DNA of 64,000 nucleotides from Escherichia coli. GTDB lineage: Bacteria > Pseudomonadota > Gammaproteobacteria > Enterobacterales > Enterobacteriaceae. Shown here in pieces: positions 49,475 to 61,368 of this stretch (the stretch's first letter is position 1; the number at the start of each line of letters is the position of its first letter). Location: the NCBI RefSeq assembly GCF_009931435.1, contig NZ_CP043414.1, one strand, 5' to 3'. The notes under the pieces are model-generated. The model saw only the letters and a program-made list of their open reading frames with translations, ran no database searches and was not told the DNA's origin. The translations under genes were made by a program, and so were the position numbers.

Positions 49475-50308
49475 ATGACCCAACCTCATTTTTCACAAAA
49501 CCCGTGGTATTGCGCAGATATCATTCGTCGACATAAACCAGATTTTACCCCACGCGTGGTGTTTATTTTGGGATCGGGGCTGGGAGCGTTAGCTGAACAA
49601 ATAGAAGATGCTGTTGCCATTTCTTATAGCGATTTGCCGGGGTTTCCGGTGAGCACCGTACATGGCCATGCAGGAGAGTTGGTCCTCGGAGTGCTCTCTG
49701 GTGTGCCTGTAGCCTGCATGAAAGGTCGCGGTCATTTTTATGAGGGCCGGGGAATGACAGTCATGACTGATGCTATTCGCACGTTCAAGTTGTTGGGCTG
49801 TGAATTGTTGTTCTGCACCAACGCTGCAGGTTCGCTTCGTCCAGAAGTCGGTGCGGGTAGTCTGGTTGCGCTGAAAGATCACATTAATACGATGCCAGGC
49901 ACACCGATGACAGGCCTTAATGATGAGCGTTTTGGCGAACGCTTTTTTTCATTAGCGAATGCTTACGATGCTGATTACCGCGCCGTTTTACAAACCGTCG
50001 CGCAGGAAGAAGGTTTTCCGCTGACAGAAGGGGTTTTTGTTTCTTATCCGGGCCCGAACTTCGAAACGGCGGCAGAAATTCGCATGATGCAGCTGATTGG
50101 TGGCGATGTTGTGGGTATGTCTGTAGTGCCTGAAGTGATTAGCGCACGTCATTGCGAAATGAAAGTCGTTGCCGTGTCCGCAATAACCAATATGGCAGAA
50201 GGCTTAAGTGATGTGAAATTGTCGCATGCCCAAACCCTGGCTGCAGCAGAGTTATCACGGCAAAACTTTATTAATCTGATTTGCGGATTCTTACGCAAAA
50301 TCGCCTGA
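49475..50308 (+). CDS. xapA: purine nucleoside phosphorylase II (xanthosine phosphorylase)
   Basis: 277 aa PNP family sequence (GSGLGALAEQIE..., GHAGELVLG...). Confidence 0.9.
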   Translation: MTQPHFSQNPWYCADIIRRHKPDFTPRVVFILGSGLGALAEQIEDAVAISYSDLPGFPVSTVHGHAGELVLGVLSGVPVACMKGRGHFYEGRGMTVMTDAIRTFKLLGCELLFCTNAAGSLRPEVGAGSLVALKDHINTMPGTPMTGLNDERFGERFFSLANAYDADYRAVLQTVAQEEGFPLTEGVFVSYPGPNFETAAEIRMMQLIGGDVVGMSVVPEVISARHCEMKVVAVSAITNMAEGLSDVKLSHAQTLAAAELSRQNFINLICGFLRKIA

Positions 50309-50365
50309 AAACAATAAAAATGGCCTCGCGGATGGGGCCATCTCACTGCGATAAGGAAATAAAAC

Positions 50366-51622
50366 ATGAATATCGCAACGCGTTTAAAGGTAATGTCTTT
50401 CTTACAATACTTTATCTGGGGGAGTTGGTTAGTTACCCTCGGCTCTTACATGATTAACACCTTACATTTTACCGGGGCTGATGTCGGTATGGCATACAGT
50501 TCTAAAGGTATTGCGGCCATTATTATGCCAGCCGTTATGGGCATTATTGCCGATAAATGGTTACGGGCTGAACGTACCTATATGCTGTGTCACTTAATTT
50601 GTGCCGGGGTGCTTTTTTATGCCGCCTCTGTAACTGAACCGAATATGATGTTCTGGGTGATGTTGCTTAACGCGATGGCTTTCATGCCCACGATTGCGTT
50701 ATCCAACAGTGTTTCCTATTCGTGTTTGGCGCAGGCCGGATTAGATCCGGTCACCAGTTTTCCGCCAATCCGTGTTTATGGTACCGTGGGATTTATTGTC
50801 GCAATGTGGCTGGTGAGTTTATTGCATCTGGAGTTAAGCAGTGTGCAATTGTATATCGCCTCCGGAGCATCTCTAGTGCTAGCGGTCTATGCGTTAACGT
50901 TACCGAAAATTCCAGTGGCGGAACATAAGGCCAGTACGACGCTTTCCAGTAAATTAGGTCTGGATGCGTTTGTGTTATTTAAAAATCCACGTATGGCGAT
51001 TTTCTTTTTATTTGCCATGTTATTAGGGGCGGTCCTGCAAATTACTAACGTTTTTGGTAATCCTTTTCTGCATGATTTTGCCCGCAACCCTGAGTTTGCT
51101 GATAGCTTCGTGGTGAAATATCCTTCCATTCTGCTCTCGGTATCACAAATGGCGGAAGTCGGCTTCATTCTGACTATTCCTTTCTTTCTGAAGCGTTTTG
51201 GCATCAAAACCGTCATGTTGATGAGTATGGTAGCGTGGACATTACGTTTTGGATTCTTTGCTTTTGGAGATCCGTCACCAGGTGGCTTTGTATTATTGCT
51301 GCTGTCGATGATTGTGTATGGCTGCGCGTTCGACTTTTTCAATATTTCCGGTTCAGTGTTTGTCGAGCAAGAAGTGGACTCCAGGATTCGCGCCAGCGCC
51401 CAGGGATTATTTATGACCATGGTCAATGGCGTTGGGGCGTGGGTTGGTTCTCTTCTGAGTGGCATGGCGGTTGACTATTTCACGGTTGATGGTGTTAAAG
51501 ACTGGCAAACCATCTGGCTGGTATTTGCTGCGTATGCACTGGCCTTGGCGGTGATTTTTGCCCTGTTCTTCCGTTATAAACATGAACCTGAAAAAATGGC
51601 ACAGAAATCATTGGCTCACTGA
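50366..51622 (+). CDS. xapB: xanthosine permease (NHS family MFS)
   Basis: 418 aa MNIATRLKVMSFLQYFIWGSWLVTLGSYMINTLHFTGA...; follows xapA. Confidence 0.9.
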   Translation: MNIATRLKVMSFLQYFIWGSWLVTLGSYMINTLHFTGADVGMAYSSKGIAAIIMPAVMGIIADKWLRAERTYMLCHLICAGVLFYAASVTEPNMMFWVMLLNAMAFMPTIALSNSVSYSCLAQAGLDPVTSFPPIRVYGTVGFIVAMWLVSLLHLELSSVQLYIASGASLVLAVYALTLPKIPVAEHKASTTLSSKLGLDAFVLFKNPRMAIFFLFAMLLGAVLQITNVFGNPFLHDFARNPEFADSFVVKYPSILLSVSQMAEVGFILTIPFFLKRFGIKTVMLMSMVAWTLRFGFFAFGDPSPGGFVLLLLSMIVYGCAFDFFNISGSVFVEQEVDSRIRASAQGLFMTMVNGVGAWVGSLLSGMAVDYFTVDGVKDWQTIWLVFAAYALALAVIFALFFRYKHEPEKMAQKSLAH

Positions 51623-51696
51623 TGTAAACAGGGTTTTCCTTGATTGCAATGTGCTAAGTTTGCAGCCTTACCCATACCGTATGGAGCGCAATAATT

Positions 51697-52581
51697 ATGG
51701 AAAGTACACATCGTATTGATCTCAAGTTATTGCGCTATTTTCTTGCGGTCGCAGAAGAACTTCACTTTGGGCGGGCCGCTGCGCGGCTGAATATGTCGCA
51801 ACCGCCATTAAGTATTCATATCAAAGATCTGGAACAACAGTTGGGCACTTTGCTGTTCGTTCGGCATTCGCGCAGTGTGGCGCTCACTCATGCAGGAAAA
51901 ATTTTATTGGAAGAGTCACGTCGATTGCTGGCTAACGCCAGCCAGGCGCTGGCTCGAGTAGAACAGATTGGTCGTGGTGAAGCAGGGCGTATTGAGCTGG
52001 GCGTGGTGGGAACCGCGATGTGGGGGCGAATGCGTCCGGCAATGCGGCGGTTTTTGAAAGAGTGCCCTAATGTTCATGTCTCATTTCGTGAAAAATCCCC
52101 AGGGATGCAAATGGCGTTGCTTGAGCGGCGGGAACTGGACGCTGGTATCTGGCGGATGGCGATTGAACCAACAGTAGGATTTACCAGCCTGCGATTACAC
52201 GAATCATCGTTTCTGGTAGCAATACCGGAAGATCATTATCTGGCTTGCGAAAACGCTATCCCGTTAATGGCATTACGCAATGAATACTTTGTGACGCTGC
52301 CATCGGTCCATTCCGACTGGGCGTTTTTACAGCGTGTCTGTCAGCAGGCGGGGTTTTCACCGATGATCGTCCGCGAGGCCGTAGAGCCGCAAACCGTACT
52401 GGCGATGATCAGTATGGGGCTGGGTGTAACATTAATGGCAGATAGCTATGCCCAAATGAGCTGGCCGGGGGTGGTATTTCGTCCACTCGAGGAACGTATT
52501 CCAGCAGACTTGTATATTGTTTATGAACAGCAACAGGCAACACCAGCGCTGGAGAGATTAGTTAATGCTTTGATAGCATGA
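51697..52581 (+). CDS. xapR: LysR-family transcriptional activator of xapAB
   Basis: 294 aa; LysR HTH LKLLRYFLAVAEELHFGRAAARLNMSQPPLS. Confidence 0.88.
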   Translation: MESTHRIDLKLLRYFLAVAEELHFGRAAARLNMSQPPLSIHIKDLEQQLGTLLFVRHSRSVALTHAGKILLEESRRLLANASQALARVEQIGRGEAGRIELGVVGTAMWGRMRPAMRRFLKECPNVHVSFREKSPGMQMALLERRELDAGIWRMAIEPTVGFTSLRLHESSFLVAIPEDHYLACENAIPLMALRNEYFVTLPSVHSDWAFLQRVCQQAGFSPMIVREAVEPQTVLAMISMGLGVTLMADSYAQMSWPGVVFRPLEERIPADLYIVYEQQQATPALERLVNALIA

Positions 52582-52601
52582 AAGAAAATATCGCAGATAG
52601 C

Positions 52602-52628
52602 AAAAAAGCGCCTTTAGGGCGCTTTTTT
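52602..52628. terminator. bidirectional intrinsic terminator between xapR (+) and lysV (-)
   Basis: aaaaaagcgcc-ttta-gggcgctttttt hairpin with A- and T-tracts. Confidence 0.65.
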
Positions 52629-52631
52629 ACA

Positions 52632-52707
52632 TTGGTGGGTCGTGCAGGATTCGAACCTGCGACCAATTGATTAAAAGTCAACTGCTCTACCAACTGAGCT
52701 AACGACC
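52632..52707 (-). tRNA. lysV: tRNA-Lys (anticodon UUU)
   Basis: Reverse complement gives 76-nt tRNA GGGTCGTTAGCTCAGTTGGTAGAGCAGTTGACTTTTAATCAATTGGTCGCAGGTTCGAATCCTGCACGACCCACCA. Confidence 0.95.
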
Positions 52708-52711
52708 CGAA

Positions 52712-52787
52712 GTGGTGGGTGATGACGGGATCGAACCGCCGACCCCCTCCTTGTAAGGGAGGTGCTCTCCCAGCTGAGCTAATCACC
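52712..52787 (-). tRNA. valY: tRNA-Val (anticodon UAC)
   Basis: Reverse complement gives GGGTGATTAGCTCAGCTGGGAGAGCACCTCCCTTACAAGGAGGGGGTCGGCGGTTCGATCCCGTCATCACCCACCA. Confidence 0.95.
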
Positions 52788-52833
52788 CACTTCGGTACTT
52801 CACATTGTTACAAGAAATCTAGCTGGCGAGAAA

Positions 52834-52909
52834 GTGGTGGGTGATGACGGGATCGAACCGCCGACCCCCTCCTTGTAAGGGAGGTGCTCTCCCAGCTGAG
52901 CTAATCACC
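52834..52909 (-). tRNA. valX: tRNA-Val (anticodon UAC)
   Basis: Identical 76-nt tRNA-Val copy on the minus strand. Confidence 0.95.
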
Positions 52910-52952
52910 CACTTCTCAATTTCTTGCTACACGGCGGAGACTACATAAGTAG

Positions 52953-53028
52953 TTGGTGGGTGATGACGGGATCGAACCGCCGACCCCCTCCTTGTAAGGG
53001 AGGTGCTCTCCCAGCTGAGCTAATCACC
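52953..53028 (-). tRNA. valU: tRNA-Val (anticodon UAC)
   Basis: Identical 76-nt tRNA-Val copy on the minus strand; first gene of the operon. Confidence 0.95.
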
Positions 53029-53287
53029 CCCGCTGTGTGGAGTCGCATTATAGGGAGAGTTCAAAATGAGTCAACGCATTTTCTAAAGAAATTGTTCGTT
53101 CGTCGTAAATTTAAGCAAGATGATCGCAAAACAGACCGTGTTGCGCAATTTGTCAACGAAAACAATAATGCGTAAGGTTGCAACCCGAACTACATTGAGG
53201 AATCAGGCGGGAGTGATAGAATATCGCCCACTCAATTTTTCCAGGATTTGCCGGTTGTCGGCATCTTTCTAAACGTAAGGCCATTTC

Positions 53288-54703
53288 ATGAAAATCAAAA
53301 CTCGCTTCGCGCCAAGCCCAACAGGCTATCTACACGTTGGCGGCGCGCGTACTGCTCTTTACTCCTGGCTTTTTGCACGTAACCACGGCGGTGAGTTCGT
53401 GCTGCGTATTGAAGACACCGATCTTGAGCGTTCCACGCCGGAAGCTATCGAAGCCATTATGGATGGCATGAACTGGCTGAGTCTGGAGTGGGATGAAGGT
53501 CCGTACTACCAGACCAAACGTTTTGATCGCTACAACGCGGTGATCGATCAGATGCTGGAAGAGGGCACAGCTTATAAATGCTATTGCTCTAAAGAGCGCC
53601 TGGAAGCGCTGCGCGAAGAGCAAATGGCGAAAGGTGAGAAGCCGCGTTATGACGGTCGCTGCCGCCACAGTCATGAGCATCACGCTGATGATGAGCCGTG
53701 TGTCGTACGTTTTGCTAACCCGCAGGAAGGTTCTGTTGTTTTTGACGATCAGATCCGTGGTCCGATCGAGTTCAGCAACCAGGAGCTTGATGATCTGATT
53801 ATCCGTCGTACCGATGGTTCCCCGACCTATAACTTCTGTGTGGTTGTCGATGACTGGGATATGGAAATCACCCACGTTATCCGTGGCGAAGACCATATCA
53901 ACAACACGCCACGCCAGATCAACATTCTTAAAGCCCTGAAAGCGCCGGTACCGGTTTACGCGCACGTTTCTATGATCAACGGCGATGACGGTAAAAAACT
54001 GTCCAAACGTCACGGGGCGGTCAGCGTAATGCAGTATCGTGATGACGGTTATCTGCCAGAAGCACTGCTGAACTATCTGGTGCGTCTGGGCTGGTCCCAC
54101 GGCGATCAGGAAATCTTCACTCGTGAAGAGATGATCAAATACTTCACTCTGAATGCCGTCAGCAAATCTGCCAGTGCGTTCAACACCGACAAGCTGCTGT
54201 GGCTGAACCATCACTACATTAACGCGTTGCCGCCGGAGTATGTTGCTACTCATTTACAGTGGCACATTGAGCAGGAAAATATCGATACCCGTAACGGCCC
54301 GCAGCTGGCTGATCTGGTGAAACTGCTAGGCGAACGCTGCAAGACGCTGAAAGAGATGGCACAGAGCTGCCGTTATTTCTACGAAGATTTTGCTGAGTTC
54401 GATGCTGACGCCGCGAAAAAACATCTGCGTCCGGTTGCGCGTCAGCCGCTGGAAGTGGTTCGTGACAAACTGACTGCGATTACTGACTGGACCGCTGAAA
54501 ACGTTCATCACGCTATTCAGGCGACGGCGGATGAGCTGGAAGTGGGTATGGGTAAAGTTGGTATGCCGCTGCGTGTCGCCGTAACCGGTGCGGGGCAGTC
54601 TCCGGCGCTGGATGTTACCGTTCACGCAATCGGTAAGACCCGCAGTATCGAGCGTATCAACAAAGCGCTGGCTTTTATTGCTGAACGCGAAAATCAGCAG
54701 TAA
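53288..54703 (+). CDS. gltX: glutamyl-tRNA synthetase
   Basis: 471 aa; class I HIGH-type motif ([14 protein letters not shown]) and KMSKS-type motif (KLSKR). Confidence 0.95.
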
Positions 54704-54721
54704 TTAGCGCATAAAAGATAA

Positions 54722-54752
54722 ACGGCAGGAGAGATCCCCCTGCCGTTTTTTA
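54722..54752. terminator. intrinsic terminator after gltX, probably also serving convergent yfeD
   Basis: acggcagg-agagatccc-cctgccgt hairpin followed by tttttt. Confidence 0.7.
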
Positions 54753-54753
54753 T

Positions 54754-55146
54754 TTATTCTGATTCATCTATGTCGAGACGAGCAAGGAAATGACGAATTC
54801 CTTCACGTGACAAAAATTGCGCAACTTTTTCCTGCTCACTGTGAGTCATGTTGTCTATTGCGCTGATGATTTGCCGATAAGCGGGAGTGCGAATCCCCGG
54901 TGCGTATTCGGCAAGGGGTTCTTCGGCTTCCAGAAGCATCGGCGTGTTATGGAAGGCTGGCGTGTTCTGAATAAACTCGCAAACTTGCGTATCGACCAGA
55001 ATAAGTCTGGCGCGACCGCCTTTCACCCCGGGAAATTTTTCCGTTTTCCAGCCTTTCTCTCTGATCCAACGGTTAACAGTTTGTTTAGCCACACCGAGGC
55101 ATTCCGCCAGTTCTTCGGTGGTCATTTTATTGCGTAATCTTTTCAT
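54754..55146 (-). CDS. yfeD: putative DNA-binding protein YfeD (HTH)
   Basis: 130 aa; N-terminal HTH MTTEELAECLGVAKQTVNRWIREKGW. Confidence 0.82.
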   Translation of the reverse strand: MKRLRNKMTTEELAECLGVAKQTVNRWIREKGWKTEKFPGVKGGRARLILVDTQVCEFIQNTPAFHNTPMLLEAEEPLAEYAPGIRTPAYRQIISAIDNMTHSEQEKVAQFLSREGIRHFLARLDIDESE

Positions 55147-55147
55147 A

Positions 55148-55507
55148 TTATTTGCTATCGCGAATCCCTAAGCGTTGTAATAACCCGATAATCCCTTCCC
55201 GCAGAAGCAAGGATGTAAACTGTTTTTGTTCAACTGGCGTCATCTCTTTCGCCAGTGTCACCAGTAACACTTCAAGCGGCGTATCACCAGACAGGGCAGG
55301 TGCTTCTCCCTGACCTTCCGGACGCTCTGCATTCCGAATATATTCACGAACCTGTTCATTGACGTGAACCAGTCTGGCTTTGCCACCCTGGACGCCTGGT
55401 TTTGGTGATGTCGTCCAGCCTTCCTTGCGTACCCATTTATTAATGGTCTGACGGCTATAACCGGTCAGTCTGGCAAGTTCATCTGGCGTCATCCTCTCCT
55501 TGAACAT
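55148..55507 (-). CDS. yfeC: putative DNA-binding protein YfeC (HTH), paralog of YfeD
   Basis: 119 aa; N-terminal HTH MTPDELARLTGYSRQTINKWVRKEGW. Confidence 0.82.
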   Translation of the reverse strand: MFKERMTPDELARLTGYSRQTINKWVRKEGWTTSPKPGVQGGKARLVHVNEQVREYIRNAERPEGQGEAPALSGDTPLEVLLVTLAKEMTPVEQKQFTSLLLREGIIGLLQRLGIRDSK

Positions 55508-55727
55508 AACAATTCCCTGAATGTATGTAGGTCTATTAGCGGTTCATTTTATAACACCACTTTACAGGAAACCGTGACATGAATAACTACTGAATGCGAG
55601 CGGTTTTCCAAAATTGTTCATTTGCCTGATTTTTCAGCGATTGAAACTACACGCTGCAATTTGCCGTTGACACATTCGGGCGGAATTCATATGATGCCGC
55701 CCGTCAACTCGACAAGCTTTACGTGAT

Positions 55728-55803
<76 letters not shown>

Positions 55804-55842
55804 AATTTTGCACCCAGCAAATTTGGTACGTAAACGACTCGT

Positions 55843-55918
<76 letters not shown>

Positions 55919-55924
55919 AATTTC

Positions 55925-55954
55925 AAACCCTCGCTGCAAAGCGGGGGTTTTTTG
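55925..55954 (+). terminator. intrinsic terminator after the tRNA-Ala pair
   Basis: ccctcgct-gcaa-agcggggg hairpin followed by tttttt. Confidence 0.65.
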
Positions 55955-56124
55955 TCTCTGCCTTTTGCCGCTTTTGTAATACAGTCTACATCCTGGCAGT
56001 GCCGTGTGGTGAATGCATCACTGACTGAAAAAACAGCAACAGGCTGGCCCCTGTTTGCTTCGCGATGCGAATAAACTTATTATTTGTGTGCCTGAAAACC
56101 CCGATCAGTGAGAGTAGTGTACTC

Positions 56125-58323
56125 ATGTTTGTGGAGCATAACCTGATAAAAAATATCAAGATATTCACACTAGCGTTTACGCTCACCGTGGTACTTATTC
56201 AGCTATCCCGTTTTATTTCGCCACTTGCCATTATCCATTCCAGTTATATCTTTCTGGCGTGGATGCCACTGTGCGTAATGCTGTCAATCTTGTTTATCTT
56301 TGGCTGGCGCGGTGTCGTTCCCGTTTTATGCGGGATGTTTTGCACCAATCTGTGGAACTTTCATCTCTCTTTTTTACAGACCGCGGTCATGCTCGGCAGC
56401 CAGACGTTTGTGGTGTTGTGTGCCTGCGCAATATTACGCTGGCAGCTGGGGACGCGTTGGCGTTATGGATTGACCAGCCGATACGTCTGGCAACGTCTGT
56501 TCTGGCTTGGTTTGGTGGCGCCGATTGGCATCAAATGCAGCATGTATCTTGTGGGAAATTTCTTTGATTTTCCGCTAAAGATATCTACCTTTTTCGGCGA
56601 TGCGGATGCCATTTTCACGGTCGTTGATTTGCTAAGCCTTTTCACCGCAGTGCTGATTTACAACATGCTTTTTTACTATCTCACCCGCATGATTGTAAGT
56701 CCCCACTTTGCACAGATATTGTGGCGTAGGGATATCGCTCCGTCGTTGAGCAAAGAGAAACGCGCATTTACCTTAAGCTGGCTGGCAGCTCTTAGCGTGC
56801 TGCTACTTCTGATGTGCACACCGTATGAAAATGACTTTATTGCCGGTTACCTGGTACCTGTTTTCTTTATCATCTTTACCCTCGGGGTCGGTAAGCTTCG
56901 CTATCCGTTTTTAAATCTCACCTGGGCTGTTTCAACGCTTTGCCTTCTGAATTACAACCAGAACTTTTTGCAAGGGGTACTAACCGAATATTCGCTGGCA
57001 TTTATTCTCGCGGTGCTGATTTCCTTTAGTGTTTGCCTGCTCTATATGGTGCGCATTTATCATCGTAGTGAATGGCTTAACCGACGCTGGCATTTGCAGG
57101 CGCTGACCGATCCGTTAACGCTCTTACCCAACTTTCGCGCGTTGGAACAAGCACCAGAGCAAGAGGCTGGCAAGAGTTTTTGCTGCCTGCGTATTGATAA
57201 CCTTGAGTTTATGAGTCGTCATTACGGGTTAATGATGCGCGTTCACTGTATCCGCTCAATTTACCGTACGTTAATGCCGCTGATGCAGGAAAACGAAAAG
57301 TTGTATCAATTGCCGGGGAGTGAACTGCTGTTAGTGCTGAGCGGGCCGGAAACGGAAGGGCGACTCCAGCATATGGTTAACATCCTGAATAGTCGGCAAA
57401 TTCACTGGAACAATACCGGGCTGGATATGGGCTATGGTGCTGCCTGGGGGCATTTCGATGGAAATCAGGAAACCCTGCAACCAATGCTCGGGCAGTTAAG
57501 CTGGCTGGCGGAACAATCCTGCGCACATCATCATGTGCTGGCGCTGGATAGCAGAGAGGAGATGGTTTCCGGGCAAACCACTAAACAGGTGCTATTGCTG
57601 AATACCATTCGCACGGCGTTAGATCAGGGTGATTTGCTGCTCTACGCCCAGCCAATTCGCAACAAAGAGGGTGAAGGTTATGATGAGATCCTCGCGCGAC
57701 TGAAGTATGACGGCGGCATTATGACCCCGGATAAGTTTCTGCCCCTTATTGCTCAGTTTAACCTTAGCGCGCGTTTTGATTTGCAAGTGCTGGAATCCTT
57801 GTTGAAGTGGCTGGCAACACACCCTTGCGACAAAAAAGGTCCGCGCTTTTCAGTCAATTTAATGCCGCTCACGCTGCTGCAAAAAAATATCGCCGGGCGG
57901 ATTATTCGTCTGTTTAAGCGTTATCACATCTCCCCGCAGGCGGTCATTCTTGAGATCACCGAGGAACAGGCGTTTTCTAACGCAGAAAGCAGTATGTACA
58001 ACATCGAGCAGCTGCATAAGTTTGGTTTCCGGATTGCGATTGATGATTTTGGCACCGGCTATGCCAACTACGAACGGCTAAAGCGTTTGCAGGCTGATAT
58101 CATCAAAATTGATGGCGTCTTTGTGAAAGATATCGTCACGAACACGCTGGATGCGATGATTGTGAGATCAATTACCGATCTGGCGAAAGCGAAGTCATTG
58201 AGTGTGGTCGCGGAGTTTGTCGAAACGCCACAGCAGCAGGCGCTATTGCATAAGCTCGGGGTGCAATATCTGCAAGGGTATTTGATTGGTCGCCCTCAGC
58301 CATTAACTGATGAACAGGCGTAA
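56125..58323 (+). CDS. yfeA: membrane-anchored GGDEF-like/EAL domain protein (putative c-di-GMP phosphodiesterase)
   Basis: ATG at 56125 (MFVEHNLIKNIKIF...); multi-TM N-terminal region; C-terminal EAL-type domain (...IAIDDFGTGYANYERLKRLQADIIKIDG...). Confidence 0.85.
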   Translation: MFVEHNLIKNIKIFTLAFTLTVVLIQLSRFISPLAIIHSSYIFLAWMPLCVMLSILFIFGWRGVVPVLCGMFCTNLWNFHLSFLQTAVMLGSQTFVVLCACAILRWQLGTRWRYGLTSRYVWQRLFWLGLVAPIGIKCSMYLVGNFFDFPLKISTFFGDADAIFTVVDLLSLFTAVLIYNMLFYYLTRMIVSPHFAQILWRRDIAPSLSKEKRAFTLSWLAALSVLLLLMCTPYENDFIAGYLVPVFFIIFTLGVGKLRYPFLNLTWAVSTLCLLNYNQNFLQGVLTEYSLAFILAVLISFSVCLLYMVRIYHRSEWLNRRWHLQALTDPLTLLPNFRALEQAPEQEAGKSFCCLRIDNLEFMSRHYGLMMRVHCIRSIYRTLMPLMQENEKLYQLPGSELLLVLSGPETEGRLQHMVNILNSRQIHWNNTGLDMGYGAAWGHFDGNQETLQPMLGQLSWLAEQSCAHHHVLALDSREEMVSGQTTKQVLLLNTIRTALDQGDLLLYAQPIRNKEGEGYDEILARLKYDGGIMTPDKFLPLIAQFNLSARFDLQVLESLLKWLATHPCDKKGPRFSVNLMPLTLLQKNIAGRIIRLFKRYHISPQAVILEITEEQAFSNAESSMYNIEQLHKFGFRIAIDDFGTGYANYERLKRLQADIIKIDGVFVKDIVTNTLDAMIVRSITDLAKAKSLSVVAEFVETPQQQALLHKLGVQYLQGYLIGRPQPLTDEQA

Positions 58324-58451
58324 AAAAAGCAGGGAATTATCCCCGGCTTTTGTGGCTGATGACAAACAGAAAAATGCCTGATGCGCTACGCTTATCAGGC
58401 CTACATGGAATTGAAGCCGGGGAATTATCCCCGGCTTTTTTATGTATGGTT
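58324..58451. repeat. yfeA-nupC intergenic: REP element flanked by two copies of a GC-rich terminator hairpin
   Basis: REP gcctgatgcgctacgcttatcaggcctac (58376-58404); hairpin gccggggaattatccccggc + T-tract at 58416-58442; related copy agcagggaattatccccggcttttg at 58329-58351. Confidence 0.7.
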
Positions 58452-59654
58452 TTACAGCACCAGTGCTGCGATTGACGCAGACAGCACACTCACCAGAGTA
58501 GAGCCGTAAACCAGTTTCAGACCGAAGCGAGAAACCACGTTACCTTGCTCTTCATTCAGGCCTTTAACCGCACCGGCGATAATCCCGATAGAAGAGAAGT
58601 TAGCGAAGGAAACCAGGAACACGGAGATGATGCCTTCAGCACGCGGAGAGAGCGTGGAAGCGATTTTCTGCAGATCCATCATCGCAACGAACTCGTTGGA
58701 AACCAGTTTGGTCGCCATAATACTGCCCACCTGCAGTGCTTCACTGGAAGGAACACCCATCACCCAAGCAACCGGATAGAAGATGTAGCCCAGGATGCCC
58801 TGGAAGGAGATGCTGTAGCCAAACCAGCCAGTCACAGTGGCAAACAGTGCGTTCAGCGCAGCGATCAGGGCGATAAAGCCGATCAGCATCGCGGCAACGA
58901 TAATAGCAACTTTGAAACCTGCCAGAATGTATTCACCCAGCATTTCGAAGAAGCTCTGACCTTCGTGCAGGTTGGACATCTGAATATTTTCTTCACTGGC
59001 ATCAACACGGTAAGGGTTGATCAGCGACAGCACGATAAAGGTGCTGAACATGTTCAGTACCAGCGCCGCAACGACGTATTTCGGCTCCAGCATCGTCATG
59101 TATGCACCAACGATGGACATCGACACGGTGGACATCGCCGTAGCTGCCATGGTGTACATACGATTGCGGGAGATTTTGCCGAGGATATCTTTATAGGCAA
59201 TAAAGTTTTCAGACTGACCCAGAATCAGAGAGCTGACGGCGTTGAAGGATTCCAGTTTGCCCATACCGTTGACTTTGGAGAGCAGGAAACCAATTGCGCG
59301 GATAATCACCGGCAACACGCGAATGTGCTGGAGAATACCAATCAGCGCAGAGATAAAGACGATTGGGCACAGCACTTTCAGGAAGAAGAATGCCAGGCCT
59401 TGATCATTCATGCTACCAAAGACGAAGTTAGTCCCTTCGTTGGCAAATCCGAGCAGTTTCTCAAACATTTCGGAGAAGCCTTTCACGAAGCCCAAACCAA
59501 CGTCGGAGTTCAGGAAGAACCACGCCAGTAACACTTCGATAACAAGCAGTTGAATAACATAACGGATACGAATTTTTTTGCGGTCGCTGCTTACCAGCAG
59601 TGCGAGAATCGCAACAACGGCAAGTGCCAGTACAAAATGAAGGACGCGGTCCAT
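58452..59654 (-). CDS. nupC: concentrative nucleoside transporter (CNT family)
   Basis: 400 aa from ATG at 59654 ([21 protein letters not shown]...). Confidence 0.9.
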   Translation of the reverse strand: MDRVLHFVLALAVVAILALLVSSDRKKIRIRYVIQLLVIEVLLAWFFLNSDVGLGFVKGFSEMFEKLLGFANEGTNFVFGSMNDQGLAFFFLKVLCPIVFISALIGILQHIRVLPVIIRAIGFLLSKVNGMGKLESFNAVSSLILGQSENFIAYKDILGKISRNRMYTMAATAMSTVSMSIVGAYMTMLEPKYVVAALVLNMFSTFIVLSLINPYRVDASEENIQMSNLHEGQSFFEMLGEYILAGFKVAIIVAAMLIGFIALIAALNALFATVTGWFGYSISFQGILGYIFYPVAWVMGVPSSEALQVGSIMATKLVSNEFVAMMDLQKIASTLSPRAEGIISVFLVSFANFSSIGIIAGAVKGLNEEQGNVVSRFGLKLVYGSTLVSVLSASIAALVL

Positions 59655-59920
59655 ATTTGCTCCAAATATGAGGCAGGTTAAATTTCCGTGCACATTCTAT
59701 GTAACATGGTTAAGGAAAACGAGATCTGACACACACTATAATGACGTCCTGTGACAAGCTTCAAAAATAGTGAGCTGTCATACATTTCTGCTATGTTGTG
59801 TATGGAAGCTGAAAGTTATGTAAATGTGCTAACATTAAACATAATCACAACATTCAAGTCATCAATCTTTTCGTCGTCATAATTCTGGTCTATCAAAGAA
59901 ATCATCACAATCCACTTAAA

Positions 59921-59939
59921 TGAATTTGATAATCATTCT
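59921..59939 (+). promoter_or_regulatory. putative Fur box in mntH promoter
   Basis: tgaatttgataatcattctc resembles Fur consensus GATAATGATAATCATTATC; mntH is Fur-regulated by established knowledge. Confidence 0.45.
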
Positions 59940-59955
59940 CGTTTGACATAGCATG

Positions 59956-59977
59956 AAACATAGCAAAGGCTATGTTT
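59956..59977 (+). promoter_or_regulatory. MntR operator palindrome upstream of mntH
   Basis: Perfect inverted repeat aaacatagc-aaag-gctatgttt 13 nt upstream of the mntH ATG. Confidence 0.65.
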
Positions 59978-59980
59978 TAG

Positions 59981-61228
<1,248 letters not shown>

Positions 61229-61255
61229 CTGAATGAGCGTCGCATTTGGTACCAT

Positions 61256-61344
<89 letters not shown>

Positions 61345-61368
61345 ATTGTGCTCCATTGGCGAATGTGT

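Noticed and set aside
52562-53175. ORFs of 74 aa (52562-52786, -) and 83 aa (52924-53175, +), and the repeated 76-nt units that could superficially look like a direct-repeat or CRISPR-like array
   Set aside because: The repeats are three identical tRNA-Val genes plus tRNA-Lys with unequal, non-spacer-like intervals; the ORFs simply run through the tRNA genes.
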